A DNA stretch of 64,000 nucleotides from Acidobacteria bacterium SCN 69-37 (GCA_001724025.1 MEDJ01000019.1:286359-350358); one strand, 5' to 3'. Counted from the first letter of the stretch, positions 35,826-46,121 are shown. Made by a program: numbers and translations. The notes: a model not told the origin generated them from the sequence alone.

Positions 35826-37280
35826 TCAGGATCCCGACGCTTCTGCGGGGACGAAGTCGGCCGCGCCGAGGCCGCCGCCGAGCGCCTTGTAGAGGCGCAC
35901 GAGCTCGGACGACACCGTCGCGCGGCTGCTCACGAGCGAATCCTGGAGCGAGAGCAGCGATCGCTGGGCATCGAGCACGTCGCGGAAGTCGCGCAGGCCG
36001 GCCGTGTAGAGCTGGAGCGACAGGTCAGCCGATTGCTCGGCCGCCGCCGCCGCGGCCGTCAGGTGATCGCGACGCACCGTCTCGTGCGTCAGGCTGGTCA
36101 GCGCATCCTCGACGTCGCGCAGCGCGTTCAGCACGCGCGTTTCGTACGTCTGCGCGGCCTGTTCCTGCCGTTCGGTCTGGATGACCAGGTTCTGCCGCAG
36201 CTGCGTCCGGTTGAAGACCCGGGTATTCACCGACGGTGCCGCGCTCCAGAACGCCGCGCCCGGCAGCAGCAGCTTCGCGATCGAGAGCGACTCGAGGCCG
36301 ATCGATCCGGCCAGCCGGAACGATGGATACAGATCGGCGCGCGCCACGTCCACCTGCGCGAACTGCGCGGCATACTGGCGCTCGGCACTGCGCACGTCCG
36401 GCCGTCGCCGAATCGTCTCGGCCGGTACACCGACGGCCACGTCGATCGGCGCCACCGGGATCTCGGCCGTGGCCTCGAGCTCGGCATCGAGCGCCGCGGG
36501 CGGCTCGCCAATCAGCACGGCCAGCGCGTGACGGGCACGCGCGAGCTGGCTTTCGAGCGACACGATCTGTGCCCGCGTGCTCTCCGTGTTCGACAGGGCC
36601 TGCTGCACGTCCACCTCGGTGGCCAGGCCCGCCTCGACGCGGAAGCGTGTCAGCGACAGTGTCTCTTCCTGGAGCGACAGGTTCTGCGACGCGATCGCGA
36701 GCCGCCGCTGCAGCGACCGCACGTCGATGTAGTCGATCGCCACCTCGGAGGCCAGGCTGACGAGCGCATCCTGCAGGTCGAACGTCCGCGCCTCGGCCGT
36801 GGCCGTGGCCGCATCGACGGCCAGCTGATTGCCACCGAACACGTCGATCTCCCAGCTCGCGTCGAGACCGAGCGAGTACGACTGGTTCACGTTGTCCGAT
36901 CCGCTGAACCGCGCGGATCCCGAGGCGTCGACCGACGGCGTGAGGACGCTCCGGCTCGACGCCACGCTTGCGCGCGCCTCGCGCAGGCGCGAGAGCGCGG
37001 TGCGGATGTCGGGGCTGCCGGTCACCGCACGCTCGACGTAGGCGGAAAGCTGCGGATCGCCGAACCGTTCCCACCAGCGTGTGATCGCGCCCGTGTCGAC
37101 GGACGACTCGACGCCGGCCGATGACGTCCACGCGGCCACCGTCGGGGGCGCCGGCGTCTGGTACGGCCGTCGCACGCTGCACCCCGCAACGAGACACGCG
37201 GCGAGGGCGGCAACCACGAGGCGCGCCGGCCGCCGGCCGGCTCCGGATGACGATGAGGAGACCAACAGGAGGCTATTCAT
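35826..37280 (-). CDS. Efflux outer-membrane factor lipoprotein (NodT/TolC family)
   Basis: Lipobox LVAGC, then WWERFGDPQL and two OEP repeats. I chose the start at MNSLL; the ORF extends to 37382. Confidence 0.88.
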   Translation of the reverse strand: MNSLLLVSSSSSGAGRRPARLVVAALAACLVAGCSVRRPYQTPAPPTVAAWTSSAGVESSVDTGAITRWWERFGDPQLSAYVERAVTGSPDIRTALSRLREARASVASSRSVLTPSVDASGSARFSGSDNVNQSYSLGLDASWEIDVFGGNQLAVDAATATAEARTFDLQDALVSLASEVAIDYIDVRSLQRRLAIASQNLSLQEETLSLTRFRVEAGLATEVDVQQALSNTESTRAQIVSLESQLARARHALAVLIGEPPAALDAELEATAEIPVAPIDVAVGVPAETIRRRPDVRSAERQYAAQFAQVDVARADLYPSFRLAGSIGLESLSIAKLLLPGAAFWSAAPSVNTRVFNRTQLRQNLVIQTERQEQAAQTYETRVLNALRDVEDALTSLTHETVRRDHLTAAAAAAEQSADLSLQLYTAGLRDFRDVLDAQRSLLSLQDSLVSSRATVSSELVRLYKALGGGLGAADFVPAEASGS

Positions 37281-38481
37281 GGCGAAGCGCATCGATGGGG
37301 TTGAGGCTGGCCGCGCGGCGTGCCGGGAAGAACCCGAAGACCACGCCAACGCCCGCCGAGAAAAGGAACGCAATCGAGACAATCGTCACGTCGACCGAGA
37401 ACGGCAGGCCCAGCACCGCGGCCGCGATGGCCGACGCCGCCAGGGCGAGCGCGATGCCCGCCGCACCGCCGAACCCGGCCAGCACGACCGCTTCGACGAG
37501 GAACTGCGTGAGCACGTCTCCCTCGAACGCCCCGATGGCAAGGCGGATACCGATCTCGCGCGTCCGCTCGGTCACCGACACGAGCATGATGTTCATGATC
37601 CCGATGCCGCCGACGAGCAGACTGATCGCGGCCACGGCTGCCAGCAGCGCGGTCAGCGTCTGCGTGGTACCTGTGATGGCCGTCGCCAGCTCGGCCTGAT
37701 CGAAGACCGTGAAGTCGTCATCGTCGGTCGCCTGGAGATTGCGCCGATCGCGCATCAGTCGATAGATGTCCTGCTGGGCGCGCTGGCTCGATGCGCCGGG
37801 CGCGACAGACAGCTGGATCTGCGATACGTCGTCGCTGCCGGCGAGCCGTCGCTGGACCGTGCGCAGCGGCATCACGATCGTGTCGTCGCGATCCATCCCG
37901 AAGGTGCTCGTGCCCTTCGACTCGAGCAGGCCGATGACCGTGCAGGCGATGTTGCGCAGCCGCACGCGCTCCCCGATCGGATCGGTCACCGCGAGCAACT
38001 CGCGCCGCGTGGTCTCGCCGATGATGCAGACGGCCGCGCCCGATCGGATCTCGCTGTCGGAGAACCACCGGCCGCGCGCCAGCGTCCAGTTGCCCGACGA
38101 GAAATAGGCGTTGGTCGTCCCCGTCACCGTCATCGATCGGTTGCGTGGCCCGCTGACGGCATTCAGGCCGACAGACGCGATCGGCGCGACGGCGGTCACC
38201 GACGTGAGATCGCGCTCGAGCGCATCGACGTCCTGCGGGCGGAAGGCCCTGGCGCTCCCGGCCGCCCCACCCGGTCCCCGCTGCTGTCCGGGCATCAGGG
38301 TCAGCAGGTTGCTGCCCATCGTCGCGATGTCGGCGGTCACCGCGGCCGTGGCGCCGTTGCCGAGCGTGACCATGACGATCACCGACGCCACACCGATGAC
38401 GATGCCGAGCGTGGTGAGCGACGATCGCAGCACGTTCCGGCGGATTTCCCGCAGTGCGAGCACGACGGCATTGGCAATCAT
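37273..38481 (-). CDS. MacB-type ABC transporter permease (FtsX/MacB_PCD)
   Basis: [35 protein letters not shown], a periplasmic domain, then three C-terminal TM helices with EIGIRLAIGA. ATGA overlap with the ATPase gene. Confidence 0.9.
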   Translation of the reverse strand: MIANAVVLALREIRRNVLRSSLTTLGIVIGVASVIVMVTLGNGATAAVTADIATMGSNLLTLMPGQQRGPGGAAGSARAFRPQDVDALERDLTSVTAVAPIASVGLNAVSGPRNRSMTVTGTTNAYFSSGNWTLARGRWFSDSEIRSGAAVCIIGETTRRELLAVTDPIGERVRLRNIACTVIGLLESKGTSTFGMDRDDTIVMPLRTVQRRLAGSDDVSQIQLSVAPGASSQRAQQDIYRLMRDRRNLQATDDDDFTVFDQAELATAITGTTQTLTALLAAVAAISLLVGGIGIMNIMLVSVTERTREIGIRLAIGAFEGDVLTQFLVEAVVLAGFGGAAGIALALAASAIAAAVLGLPFSVDVTIVSIAFLFSAGVGVVFGFFPARRAASLNPIDALRHE

Positions 38482-39191
38482 CAGTGCACCCTCCCGGATC
38501 GCTCGTCGCTCTCGACGTGCCCGTCCCTGAACCTGACGATCCGCGTCGCGAAAGCCGCCATGTCCGGCTCGTGCGTGACCATCATCACCGTGATGCCGCG
38601 GTCGCGATTGAGCCCTGTCAGCAGTTCCATGATTTCCACGCTGCGCGCCGTATCGAGGTTGCCCGTCGGCTCGTCGGCGAACAGCACCGAGGGCTGACTG
38701 ACGATCGCGCGCGCAATCGCCACGCGCTGCATCTGGCCGCCCGACAGTTCCGCGGGCGTGTGCGTTTCCCACCCGGCCAGGCCGACGGTCGCCAGCGCCT
38801 CGCGCGCGAGCCGTCGTCGCTCGCCGCGCGGGACGCCACGATAGACGAGCGGCAGTTCGACGTTCTCCACTGCCGAGGTCCGGTTCAGCAGGTTGAATCC
38901 CTGGAACACGAACCCGAGCTGGTACCGGCGCAGCAGCGCGCGCTGGTGGCGCGTGAGCGCTCCCACGTCGACGCCGCGGAAGCGGTAGTGCCCGGCGGTC
39001 GGCACGTCGAGGCAGCCGAGGATGTTCATCGCCGTCGACTTGCCCGATCCGCTCGGTCCCATGACGGCCACGAACTCGCCCTCCTGCACCTGCAGGCTGA
39101 CGCCACCGAGGGCGCGCACCGCGGCGTGACCCTTGCCGTAGATCCGTTCGACCCCGTCGAACTCGATGATCACGTCACTCATGACCATCAC
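38481..39191 (-). CDS. MacB/LolD-type ABC transporter ATP-binding protein
   Basis: Walker [11 protein letters not shown]-loop, signature [14 protein letters not shown] and Walker [12 protein letters not shown]. Confidence 0.93.
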   Translation of the reverse strand: MMVMSDVIIEFDGVERIYGKGHAAVRALGGVSLQVQEGEFVAVMGPSGSGKSTAMNILGCLDVPTAGHYRFRGVDVGALTRHQRALLRRYQLGFVFQGFNLLNRTSAVENVELPLVYRGVPRGERRRLAREALATVGLAGWETHTPAELSGGQMQRVAIARAIVSQPSVLFADEPTGNLDTARSVEIMELLTGLNRDRGITVMMVTHEPDMAAFATRIVRFRDGHVESDERSGRVH

Positions 39192-40435
39192 CGTGTCGTG
39201 GCCAGATCCACGATCAGCTCGGTGCCCGGCGTGACGTCGCCGCTCCGTAGCACCGTGACCCGGCCGTCGGACGGCCCCACCGTCACATCGATCGCCCGCG
39301 GCGCGGCCTGGCCATCGGGCACCCAGACACGCGGCGGCGCGGCGTCCACGGATCGGTCGCGCTGCGGCGGCCCCGCGAAGAATCCCTGATCGGTCGACAG
39401 TGCGGCCGGTGGCGTGAAGCGGAGCGCTGCGTTCGGCAGCAGCACCGCGTCGCGCACTTCCGTAACGACGATGTCGGCGGTCGCGGTCATGCCCGGCTGC
39501 AGCAGGCCCTCGGCGTTCTCGACGGCCAGCACGGTCTGATACGTCACCACGCCGTTCGACGTCGTCGGGGCACTGCGCACCTCGGTCACGGAGGACACGA
39601 ACTGGCGATCCGGATACGCGTCGACGCGGAAGATCGCCCGCTGTCCGGTGCGGACCTGGCCGATGTCGGCCTCGTCGACGGCCACGATCAGCCGCATCTT
39701 CGTGAGATCCTCGGCCAGGGTGAACAGCGTCGGCGTCTGGAACGACGCAGCCACGGTCTGGCCCGGATCGACCTGGCGATCGAGCACGATGCCGGTGATG
39801 GGCGATCGGATCACGGCCTTGCGGATGTCGGTCTCGATCGCGTCGAGGCTCGCCTGCGACTGCGCCACCTGTGCCGCGACGCTGGCCAGTTCCGCCTCGG
39901 CACGCTTGACCGTCGCCTCCTGCGCGTCGAATTCCTGCTGCGACGGCACGCGGCCGTCGCTCAGCTCACGCACGCGGGCCAGCCGGGCAAGCGATGCACG
40001 GGCCTCGGCCAGCGTCGCGTCGGCCTGCAATCGCTTGGCCCCGGCCGAGAGCAGCGCGGCCCGCGCCTGCGCCGCCTGCGCGTCGAGCTTCTCGGTGTTG
40101 ACGCGCGCCAGGATCTGGCCCTGCCGGACCGGACTGTTGAAGTCCACGGACACCGACTCGACGACGCCCGAGATCTCCGTGCCGATGTTCACCTGCGTCA
40201 CGGGCTTGAGCTCGCCGGTGGCCGTCACCGCCACGGTCAGGTCGCCATGCTCCACGCGTTCGGTCTGATAGAGCGGGGCCGGGGTGGACGACGGGACGAA
40301 CGCCCGTATCACCCCGTACGCCGCGAGTACGACAACGGCCAGCACCACGGCCCATCGGACCATCCGTCGCCGTGACGTCTTCGGCGTCAGGCCCAGCGTG
40401 GCCTGGAGTTCTTCGGTCTTCATGTCTGCGGTCAT
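39188..40435 (-). CDS. Efflux periplasmic adaptor (MacA/HlyD family)
   Basis: TM anchor, long coiled-coil hairpin (AQAAQARAALLSAGAKRLQADATLAEA...) and beta-barrel domains. The start is uncertain (40435 or 40459). Confidence 0.88.
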   Translation of the reverse strand: MTADMKTEELQATLGLTPKTSRRRMVRWAVVLAVVVLAAYGVIRAFVPSSTPAPLYQTERVEHGDLTVAVTATGELKPVTQVNIGTEISGVVESVSVDFNSPVRQGQILARVNTEKLDAQAAQARAALLSAGAKRLQADATLAEARASLARLARVRELSDGRVPSQQEFDAQEATVKRAEAELASVAAQVAQSQASLDAIETDIRKAVIRSPITGIVLDRQVDPGQTVAASFQTPTLFTLAEDLTKMRLIVAVDEADIGQVRTGQRAIFRVDAYPDRQFVSSVTEVRSAPTTSNGVVTYQTVLAVENAEGLLQPGMTATADIVVTEVRDAVLLPNAALRFTPPAALSTDQGFFAGPPQRDRSVDAAPPRVWVPDGQAAPRAIDVTVGPSDGRVTVLRSGDVTPGTELIVDLATTR

Positions 40436-40504
40436 CGGTCCTCGCATCGGTCGCCCCATCGGCGGCCTGCATACCGACGATACGGACGCGGGACGGCCGT
40501 GCCC

Positions 40505-40519
40505 GTTAAGGTTTGTAAA
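40505..40519. promoter_or_regulatory. CpxR-type direct repeat GTTAA-N5-GTAAA in the divergent promoter region
   Basis: GTTAAggtttGTAAA differs at one position from the E. coli CpxR consensus GTAAA-N5-GTAAA. Lies between the efflux operon and the response regulator gene. Confidence 0.35.
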
Positions 40520-40572
40520 GAGCCGCGCCGGACGACAGACGACGCCGGCGAGTGCGGTAGGGTATCGACAGC

Positions 40573-41289
40573 ATGCCGGAGGCCCTCCCCGACACGATCG
40601 CCGCGGCGCCGACGACCATCGTCATGGTCGACGACGACGTCGAGCTGTGTGCGCTGGTGGGCGAGTACCTGGGTGCGCACGGATTTCATGTCGAGGCCGT
40701 GCACAGCGGCCTGATGGGCCTGCGGCGCGTCATGGAACCGGACTGCGCGCTCGTCGTCCTCGACGTGATGCTGCCGGTCATCGACGGGTTCGAGGTGCTG
40801 CGGCAGGTCCGACGACGATCGGCCGTGCCCGTGATCATGCTGACGGCCAGGGCCAGCGAAGCGGACCGCGTCCGCGGCTTCGGCGACGGCGTCGACGACT
40901 ACCTGGTGAAGCCGTTCGCGGCGGCCGAGCTGCTCGGCCGCGTGCGCGCGGTGCTCCGGCGGGCCGCGGGCCAGGCGCCGGCGCCCGCGCGGTTCGTCAC
41001 CCTTGGCGGCCTCGAACTCGACACCACGACGCAGACGGCGTCGTTCGACACGCACGCGATCGATCTGACGCCCACCGAGTTCGCCATCCTCGAGGTGCTC
41101 GTCCGATCGGTGGGTCGTGCGGTCTCGCGCGACGAGCTGTCGGCCGTGCTCTATCAACGCGAAGCGACACCGTACGAGCGCGCACTCGACGTCCACGTGA
41201 GTCACCTGCGCCGGAAGCTCGAAGCCGCCGGGTGCTCGATGATCCACACGGCACGCGGCGTCGGGTACCTCTGCGCCGCGGGTGACTGA
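40573..41289 (+). CDS. OmpR-family response regulator (CpxR-like)
   Basis: Receiver domain (VDDD...LDVMLP...PVIMLTAR...DDYLVKPF) and winged helix (LTPTEFAILEVL...TPYERALDVHVSHLRRKL), close to the CpxR pattern. Confidence 0.93.
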   Translation: MPEALPDTIAAAPTTIVMVDDDVELCALVGEYLGAHGFHVEAVHSGLMGLRRVMEPDCALVVLDVMLPVIDGFEVLRQVRRRSAVPVIMLTARASEADRVRGFGDGVDDYLVKPFAAAELLGRVRAVLRRAAGQAPAPARFVTLGGLELDTTTQTASFDTHAIDLTPTEFAILEVLVRSVGRAVSRDELSAVLYQREATPYERALDVHVSHLRRKLEAAGCSMIHTARGVGYLCAAGD

Positions 41290-41291
41290 TC

Positions 41292-42584
41292 GTGCGATCG
41301 CTGTCACTCCGCATCGCGCTCGCCTCGCTCGGCACCGTACTCGTGTCGCTCGCGGCGTTCCTCGTCACGTTCTTCTGGATGACGGGCCCGGCGTTCGATC
41401 GGTTCATCCAGCATTTCCAGACACAGCTCGTCGAGGACACCGTGGCCGCGTACGAGCGCGGCGGTCCCGAGGCGCTCGGCCCGCACCTCGCCCGGCTCGA
41501 TCGATCGCTCGAAGCCGAACACCTCCTGCTCGATGCCGAGGGACACAGCCTGCTCGACGGTACCGATCAATCCGCGCTGCTCGCCCTGCCGGCACACAGA
41601 TTCGGCCCGCCGCACCTGGCCGATGGCCGAGGCGTCCTGGTACAGGCATCGGCCGATGGGCGGTATCGCCTCGTGCGCCTGGCAGTGCCGCCGTTCGACG
41701 TCTGGGATTTCGCGCCGTACTACGCCCTGATCCTCGCCGCCATCGCTGGCCTCAGCTGGATGCTCGCCTCGGGCATCGTCGTCCCGCTGCGCGAGGTGGC
41801 CGCGGCTGTCGATCGCTTCGGCCGCGGCGACCTCACCGTCCGCGTGGCCTCCACGCGCCGCGACGAGATCGGCCAGCTCGGCCGGGCGTTCAACGAGATG
41901 GCGAACCGCACCGAGACGCTGCTCGCCGCCGAACGTCGGCTCCTGCAGGACATCTCGCACGAACTGCGATCGCCGCTCGCCCGGCTGCACATCGCCGTCG
42001 AGCTGGCGCGCACGGCTGACGATCGCGACGCGGCCACGGCGCGCACGCAGAAGGAAGTCGATCGGCTTTCACGCCTCGTGGGATCGCTCATCGAGGTGAC
42101 ACGCGCCGAGGGCGATCCGTCGGCGCGACGCATCGAAGCCGTCGATCTGTCCGCCGTGCTCCGTGGTGTCGTGAGCACCTGCACGCTCGAAGCGGAAGCG
42201 CACCAGTGTCGCCTGCGGCTCGACGATGCGGGTGTGGGCATCGTGCAGGGCGATCCCGAGCTGCTGCAGCGCGCCATCGAGAACGTCGTGCGCAACGCGA
42301 TCCGCTACGCTCCCGACGACACCGAGGTCGTCGTCCGCGCCACACGCGTCCGGGCCGAGGTCCTCATCAGCGTGCGCGATGTCGGCCCCGGTGTCCCGGA
42401 CGAGCTGCTGCACCGGCTCACGCAGCCGTTCTTCCGCGTCGAAGATGCGCGGGACTACTCACCGTCCGGCGGTGTCGGGCTCGGCTTGTCGATCGCGCAA
42501 CGCGCGGTGCAGGTCCATCGCGGCCGGCTCGAGGTCGAGAACGCCAGGCCCGGCCTGCGCGTCACCATCGCGATTCCCGCCTGA
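41292..42584 (+). CDS. Sensor histidine kinase (CpxA-like: 2 TM, HAMP, HisKA, HATPase_c)
   Basis: H-box ISHELRSPLARL, N-box VVRNAIRYA, and G boxes DVGPGV and GGVGLGLSIA. Confidence 0.9.
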   Translation: MRSLSLRIALASLGTVLVSLAAFLVTFFWMTGPAFDRFIQHFQTQLVEDTVAAYERGGPEALGPHLARLDRSLEAEHLLLDAEGHSLLDGTDQSALLALPAHRFGPPHLADGRGVLVQASADGRYRLVRLAVPPFDVWDFAPYYALILAAIAGLSWMLASGIVVPLREVAAAVDRFGRGDLTVRVASTRRDEIGQLGRAFNEMANRTETLLAAERRLLQDISHELRSPLARLHIAVELARTADDRDAATARTQKEVDRLSRLVGSLIEVTRAEGDPSARRIEAVDLSAVLRGVVSTCTLEAEAHQCRLRLDDAGVGIVQGDPELLQRAIENVVRNAIRYAPDDTEVVVRATRVRAEVLISVRDVGPGVPDELLHRLTQPFFRVEDARDYSPSGGVGLGLSIAQRAVQVHRGRLEVENARPGLRVTIAIPA

Positions 42585-42640
42585 ACCGCAGACGATCGCC
42601 GATTGCGATCGCCGTGGAGTACACGACTTCGCGCTGCGCA

Positions 42641-43309
42641 TCACTCGCCGGCTGGCACCTCGCGGGGTGACATTGGCGCCGCCGCCGGTGCGTCGGTGGC
42701 TGTGGGCGCCTGCGAGTCCGTCGATGGCGTGGGCGGTGCTGTCGATGGCAATGCCGTTGATGGCAAGACGACTGGTTCGACCGGCGGAGGCGGAGTCCAG
42801 ACACCGTTCTCGCAGGTCCAATCGCCGGCGGGAGCGGGCGGCAGGCACAAGTCGTCGCGCCGGCCGCCGCTGCTGGCCGTCGCCGAGCCGTTCCCCATGC
42901 CCGCGGTGCCGTTCAGCACCCACAGCCCGCTGTCGCAGACGAAGGCCGATCCGGGCTGCTCGGTCAGGCACCCGCCGGCACGATCGATCCGGCCGCCGCC
43001 TGACGCCTGCGGTGTCGGCGGCGGCCCCACCTGCCACTTGCCGTCGATGCAGTTCCAGCTCGGCCCCGGTTGCATCCCCTCACACGCGGGTTCGTCCGTC
43101 ACGGCGGCGTCGGTCGATCCCGGCAGCGCAATGCCGGCCCCCACGGTTCGGGAACGCGGCATCTCGGTGACCGGCTGCTCCTCGATTGGTTCCGTGACGA
43201 CCACGACCGGCGTCTCGCGAAATGTTGCCGCCCACACACCGGCCCCGAAGGCACACGTCAGCGCCAGGGCCAGTTGCCACGTCGTCCGACGCGATGGAAA
43301 CGCCGCCAT
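42641..43309 (-). CDS. Secreted/anchored hypothetical protein with three Cys-Trp repeats
   Basis: GGAGG lies 6 nt upstream of the ATG (MAAFPSRR...). N-terminal anchor, then three copies of C-x6-7-[WF]-x-C-x2-G-x-W. Pro/Thr-rich tail. Confidence 0.6.
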   Translation of the reverse strand: MAAFPSRRTTWQLALALTCAFGAGVWAATFRETPVVVVTEPIEEQPVTEMPRSRTVGAGIALPGSTDAAVTDEPACEGMQPGPSWNCIDGKWQVGPPPTPQASGGGRIDRAGGCLTEQPGSAFVCDSGLWVLNGTAGMGNGSATASSGGRRDDLCLPPAPAGDWTCENGVWTPPPPVEPVVLPSTALPSTAPPTPSTDSQAPTATDAPAAAPMSPREVPAGE

Positions 43310-43490
43310 CGTCACCTCCGACGGCTGCACACTTCAAGAAGCGTTCCCGTGGCCTGCCGCGGCGATGTGGTGCGATCCGGGCGCACATCGGGCAGCTGCC
43401 TGCCACGTGTGAGACGAGCCGTGCCCGTTGGCGATCCTGCTTTGCCCAGCGTGGCGTGACGCACGAGCGGCCGAGCCGCATGCGGCTACG

Positions 43491-44597
43491 TCAGCGCAGG
43501 CGCGCGGGCACGGTGCCGAAATCGCGCGCGGCCGGCACGCCCTCGCTCGTCTCCGCCATGGAGACAGAACGCACGATCGCTTCGGCCATGGCGTCGGCGG
43601 CCAGCGCCCCGATGACCGCCACATTCGCTTGACCGTCCCAGCGCCCCGTTGCCAGCGCGAAGACCGTGTCGCCATCGCCCGTCGTGTGCGTCGGATAGAT
43701 CGCGCGGCCATAGCCATCGTCGGCCATGAGGGCCACGCGATGGATCTCGGCCTTGGTCAGGCGCGCGTTGGTGGCGACCAGGCCGATCGTGGTGTTCTCG
43801 GCCGGGCGGGGCGCGGCGTTCCGTCCCGCGCCGATGGCGCCCGATCGCAGCAGCTTCCGCACATCGGCGATCTGCGTGCCGTCGGCCGTGCGTGTGCCGG
43901 CCACCACCTGACCCGTTTCCGGATCGATGATGTCCCCCACCGAATTCGACGCGACGATCGCCGCCACCACGAGTCCGTTCGGCAGGACGATCGCGGCCGA
44001 GCCGATGCCGCCCTTCATCGGCCGCCCGCCCATCTTGCCGACCGTTGCGCCGGCACCCGCGCCCACGTTGCCCTCGGCCACGGGGCCTGTCGTTGCCGCA
44101 TCGGCCGCGCGATAGCCGCAATCGGCCGCGGGACGCACCGTCGGCTTGCCGCCGAAGCCGAGATCCATGAGGATGGCCGCCGGCACGATCGGCACGACGC
44201 CGGCCGCGCCCACCGGCCACCCGATCCGCCGTTCCTCGAGCCAGCGCATCGTGCCCGTCGCGGCATCGAGCCCGTACGCACTGCCGCCCGAGAGCACGAC
44301 CGCGTTGACGCGATCGACCATGTTGGCTGGATCGAGCAGATCCGTCTCGCGCGTCCCCGGCGCACCGCCGCGCTGCGCCACGCCGCCCACGGCGCCGGCG
44401 CCCTCGACGAGGATCACCGTGCAGCCGGTGGGCCGCTCGGTCAGCGTGTAATGGCCGACCTCGATGCCGTGCACCTCCGTGAGGCCACGTCCGCCCGTCG
44501 GCGCGAGCACGGCCTGGGCCTGCGGGCCCGGCGGCACGCTGCTCACCACGATCGCCAGCATCACGGCGGCGGCAGACACGATCGATCGATCCGACAT
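43491..44597 (-). CDS. P1/S58-family peptidase (DmpA/L-aminopeptidase-like)
   Basis: GITVGHYT-like GIEVGHYT, GGAPGTRE, LSGGSAYGL and the autoprocessing-site-like NTTIGLVATNA. GAGGAGG RBS. Confidence 0.88.
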   Translation of the reverse strand: MSDRSIVSAAAVMLAIVVSSVPPGPQAQAVLAPTGGRGLTEVHGIEVGHYTLTERPTGCTVILVEGAGAVGGVAQRGGAPGTRETDLLDPANMVDRVNAVVLSGGSAYGLDAATGTMRWLEERRIGWPVGAAGVVPIVPAAILMDLGFGGKPTVRPAADCGYRAADAATTGPVAEGNVGAGAGATVGKMGGRPMKGGIGSAAIVLPNGLVVAAIVASNSVGDIIDPETGQVVAGTRTADGTQIADVRKLLRSGAIGAGRNAAPRPAENTTIGLVATNARLTKAEIHRVALMADDGYGRAIYPTHTTGDGDTVFALATGRWDGQANVAVIGALAADAMAEAIVRSVSMAETSEGVPAARDFGTVPARLR

Positions 44598-44731
44598 CAC
44601 GAGCGCCTCCTCATGCGCAGACCGACTATTCAATCACCGATCGCGCGCGTCACCCGCGTCCGCACGGCCGGCGGGATTGACAGCGCGCGCCTGGTGGGGC
44701 CAAATGGCCGGACGCCCGGACCGGGATCATC

Positions 44732-46120
44732 GTGTCGTTCTTCATCCTCCTGCTCGTCTACGCCGCCCTGCAGATTGGCCTCGGCTTCTGGATCGGCCGT
44801 CGTGTACGGACGTCGCAGCAGTTCTTCGTGGCGGGCCGCGCACTGGGCCCTGGCCTGCTGCTCGCGACGCTGCTCGCGGCCAACATCGGCGCCGGATCCA
44901 CTGTCGGCGCGGCGGGCCTGGGCTACCGCGACGGCCTGGCGGCAATCTGGTGGGTGCTCTCGGCGGCCATCGGCTCGCTGGTACTGGCGTTCTGGATCGG
45001 CCCGGCCATGCGCCGCGCGGCAGCCCGGCACGATCTCCAGACCGTGGGCGACTACCTCGAACTGCGCTTCGGCGCCTCCGTGCGCGTGACGATCGGCGGG
45101 CTGCTCTGGATCGGATCGATCTTCATCCTCGCCGGTCAACTCATCGCCATCGCCACGATCCTGAACGTGGCCGTCGGCCTGCCGCCGGCGCTCGGCTGCG
45201 CGCTCGGCGGCGTGGTGATCACGGCGTACTTCACGGCCGGCGGTCTGCTCACGTCGGCGTGGGTCAATCTCGTCCAACTCGTCGTCAAGATGGCCGGATT
45301 CGCCCTGGCCCTGCCGCTGGCAATCGCCGGGGCCGGGGGCTGGACCGGCCTCAGGGCACTTCAGCCAACACCGGACTACTGGCAGTTCTTCAGCGGTGGC
45401 GCGTCCGGCCTCGTCTATCTCGCCGTGCTGGGCCCGGCATTCATCGTCTCGCCGGGCCTGCTGCAGAAGATCTACGGTGCGCGCGACGATCGCACGGTGC
45501 GCATCGGCGTCGGCCTGAACGCGCTGGGCCTGGCCGTCTACGCGATCGTGCCGGTGCTGTTCGGCATGGTGGCCCGCGTGCACTTCCCCGACCTGGCGTC
45601 GCACGAAATGGCCCTGCCGATGGTGCTGATGCACGCGATTCCGCCGATCGTCGGCGGCATCGGGCTGGCCGCCGTGTTCTCGGCCGAAGTCAGTTCCGCC
45701 GATGCCGTGCTGTTCATGCTGACGACATCGCTCGCGAAGGATCTCTATCGCCGCTTCATCCATCCGACGGCGACCGACCAACAGTTGCTGCGCGTGACCC
45801 GCGTGACGGCCGTGGCGGCCGGCGCGCTCGGCATTCTCGTCGCGCTGGCGGCGGCCAGCGTCATCTCGGCGCTCAGCATCTTCTACACACTGATGGGCGT
45901 CGGCCTGTTCGCGACCATCCTCGGCGGCCTGCTCGTGCCGCGTGCGGGCGTGCGCGACGCGATGGCCGGGATTCTCGCCGGCATCGGCACCGTCGCGTTC
46001 GTCCAGTTCGCCACCGACAGCGGCCGGCTGCTGGGTCTGACGCCCGCCATGGCCGGGCTGACGGTCAGTGCCCTCGCCTTCCTCGCTTCGCTCGCCGCAG
46101 GACGACGCCGCCCGCGCTAA
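44732..46120 (+). CDS. Sodium:solute symporter family transporter
   Basis: 13 or more TM helices. The N-terminal FFVAGRALGP and GAGSTVGAAGLGY motifs are typical of the SSS family. Confidence 0.9.
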   Translation: MSFFILLLVYAALQIGLGFWIGRRVRTSQQFFVAGRALGPGLLLATLLAANIGAGSTVGAAGLGYRDGLAAIWWVLSAAIGSLVLAFWIGPAMRRAAARHDLQTVGDYLELRFGASVRVTIGGLLWIGSIFILAGQLIAIATILNVAVGLPPALGCALGGVVITAYFTAGGLLTSAWVNLVQLVVKMAGFALALPLAIAGAGGWTGLRALQPTPDYWQFFSGGASGLVYLAVLGPAFIVSPGLLQKIYGARDDRTVRIGVGLNALGLAVYAIVPVLFGMVARVHFPDLASHEMALPMVLMHAIPPIVGGIGLAAVFSAEVSSADAVLFMLTTSLAKDLYRRFIHPTATDQQLLRVTRVTAVAAGALGILVALAAASVISALSIFYTLMGVGLFATILGGLLVPRAGVRDAMAGILAGIGTVAFVQFATDSGRLLGLTPAMAGLTVSALAFLASLAAGRRRPR

Positions 46121-46121
46121 A

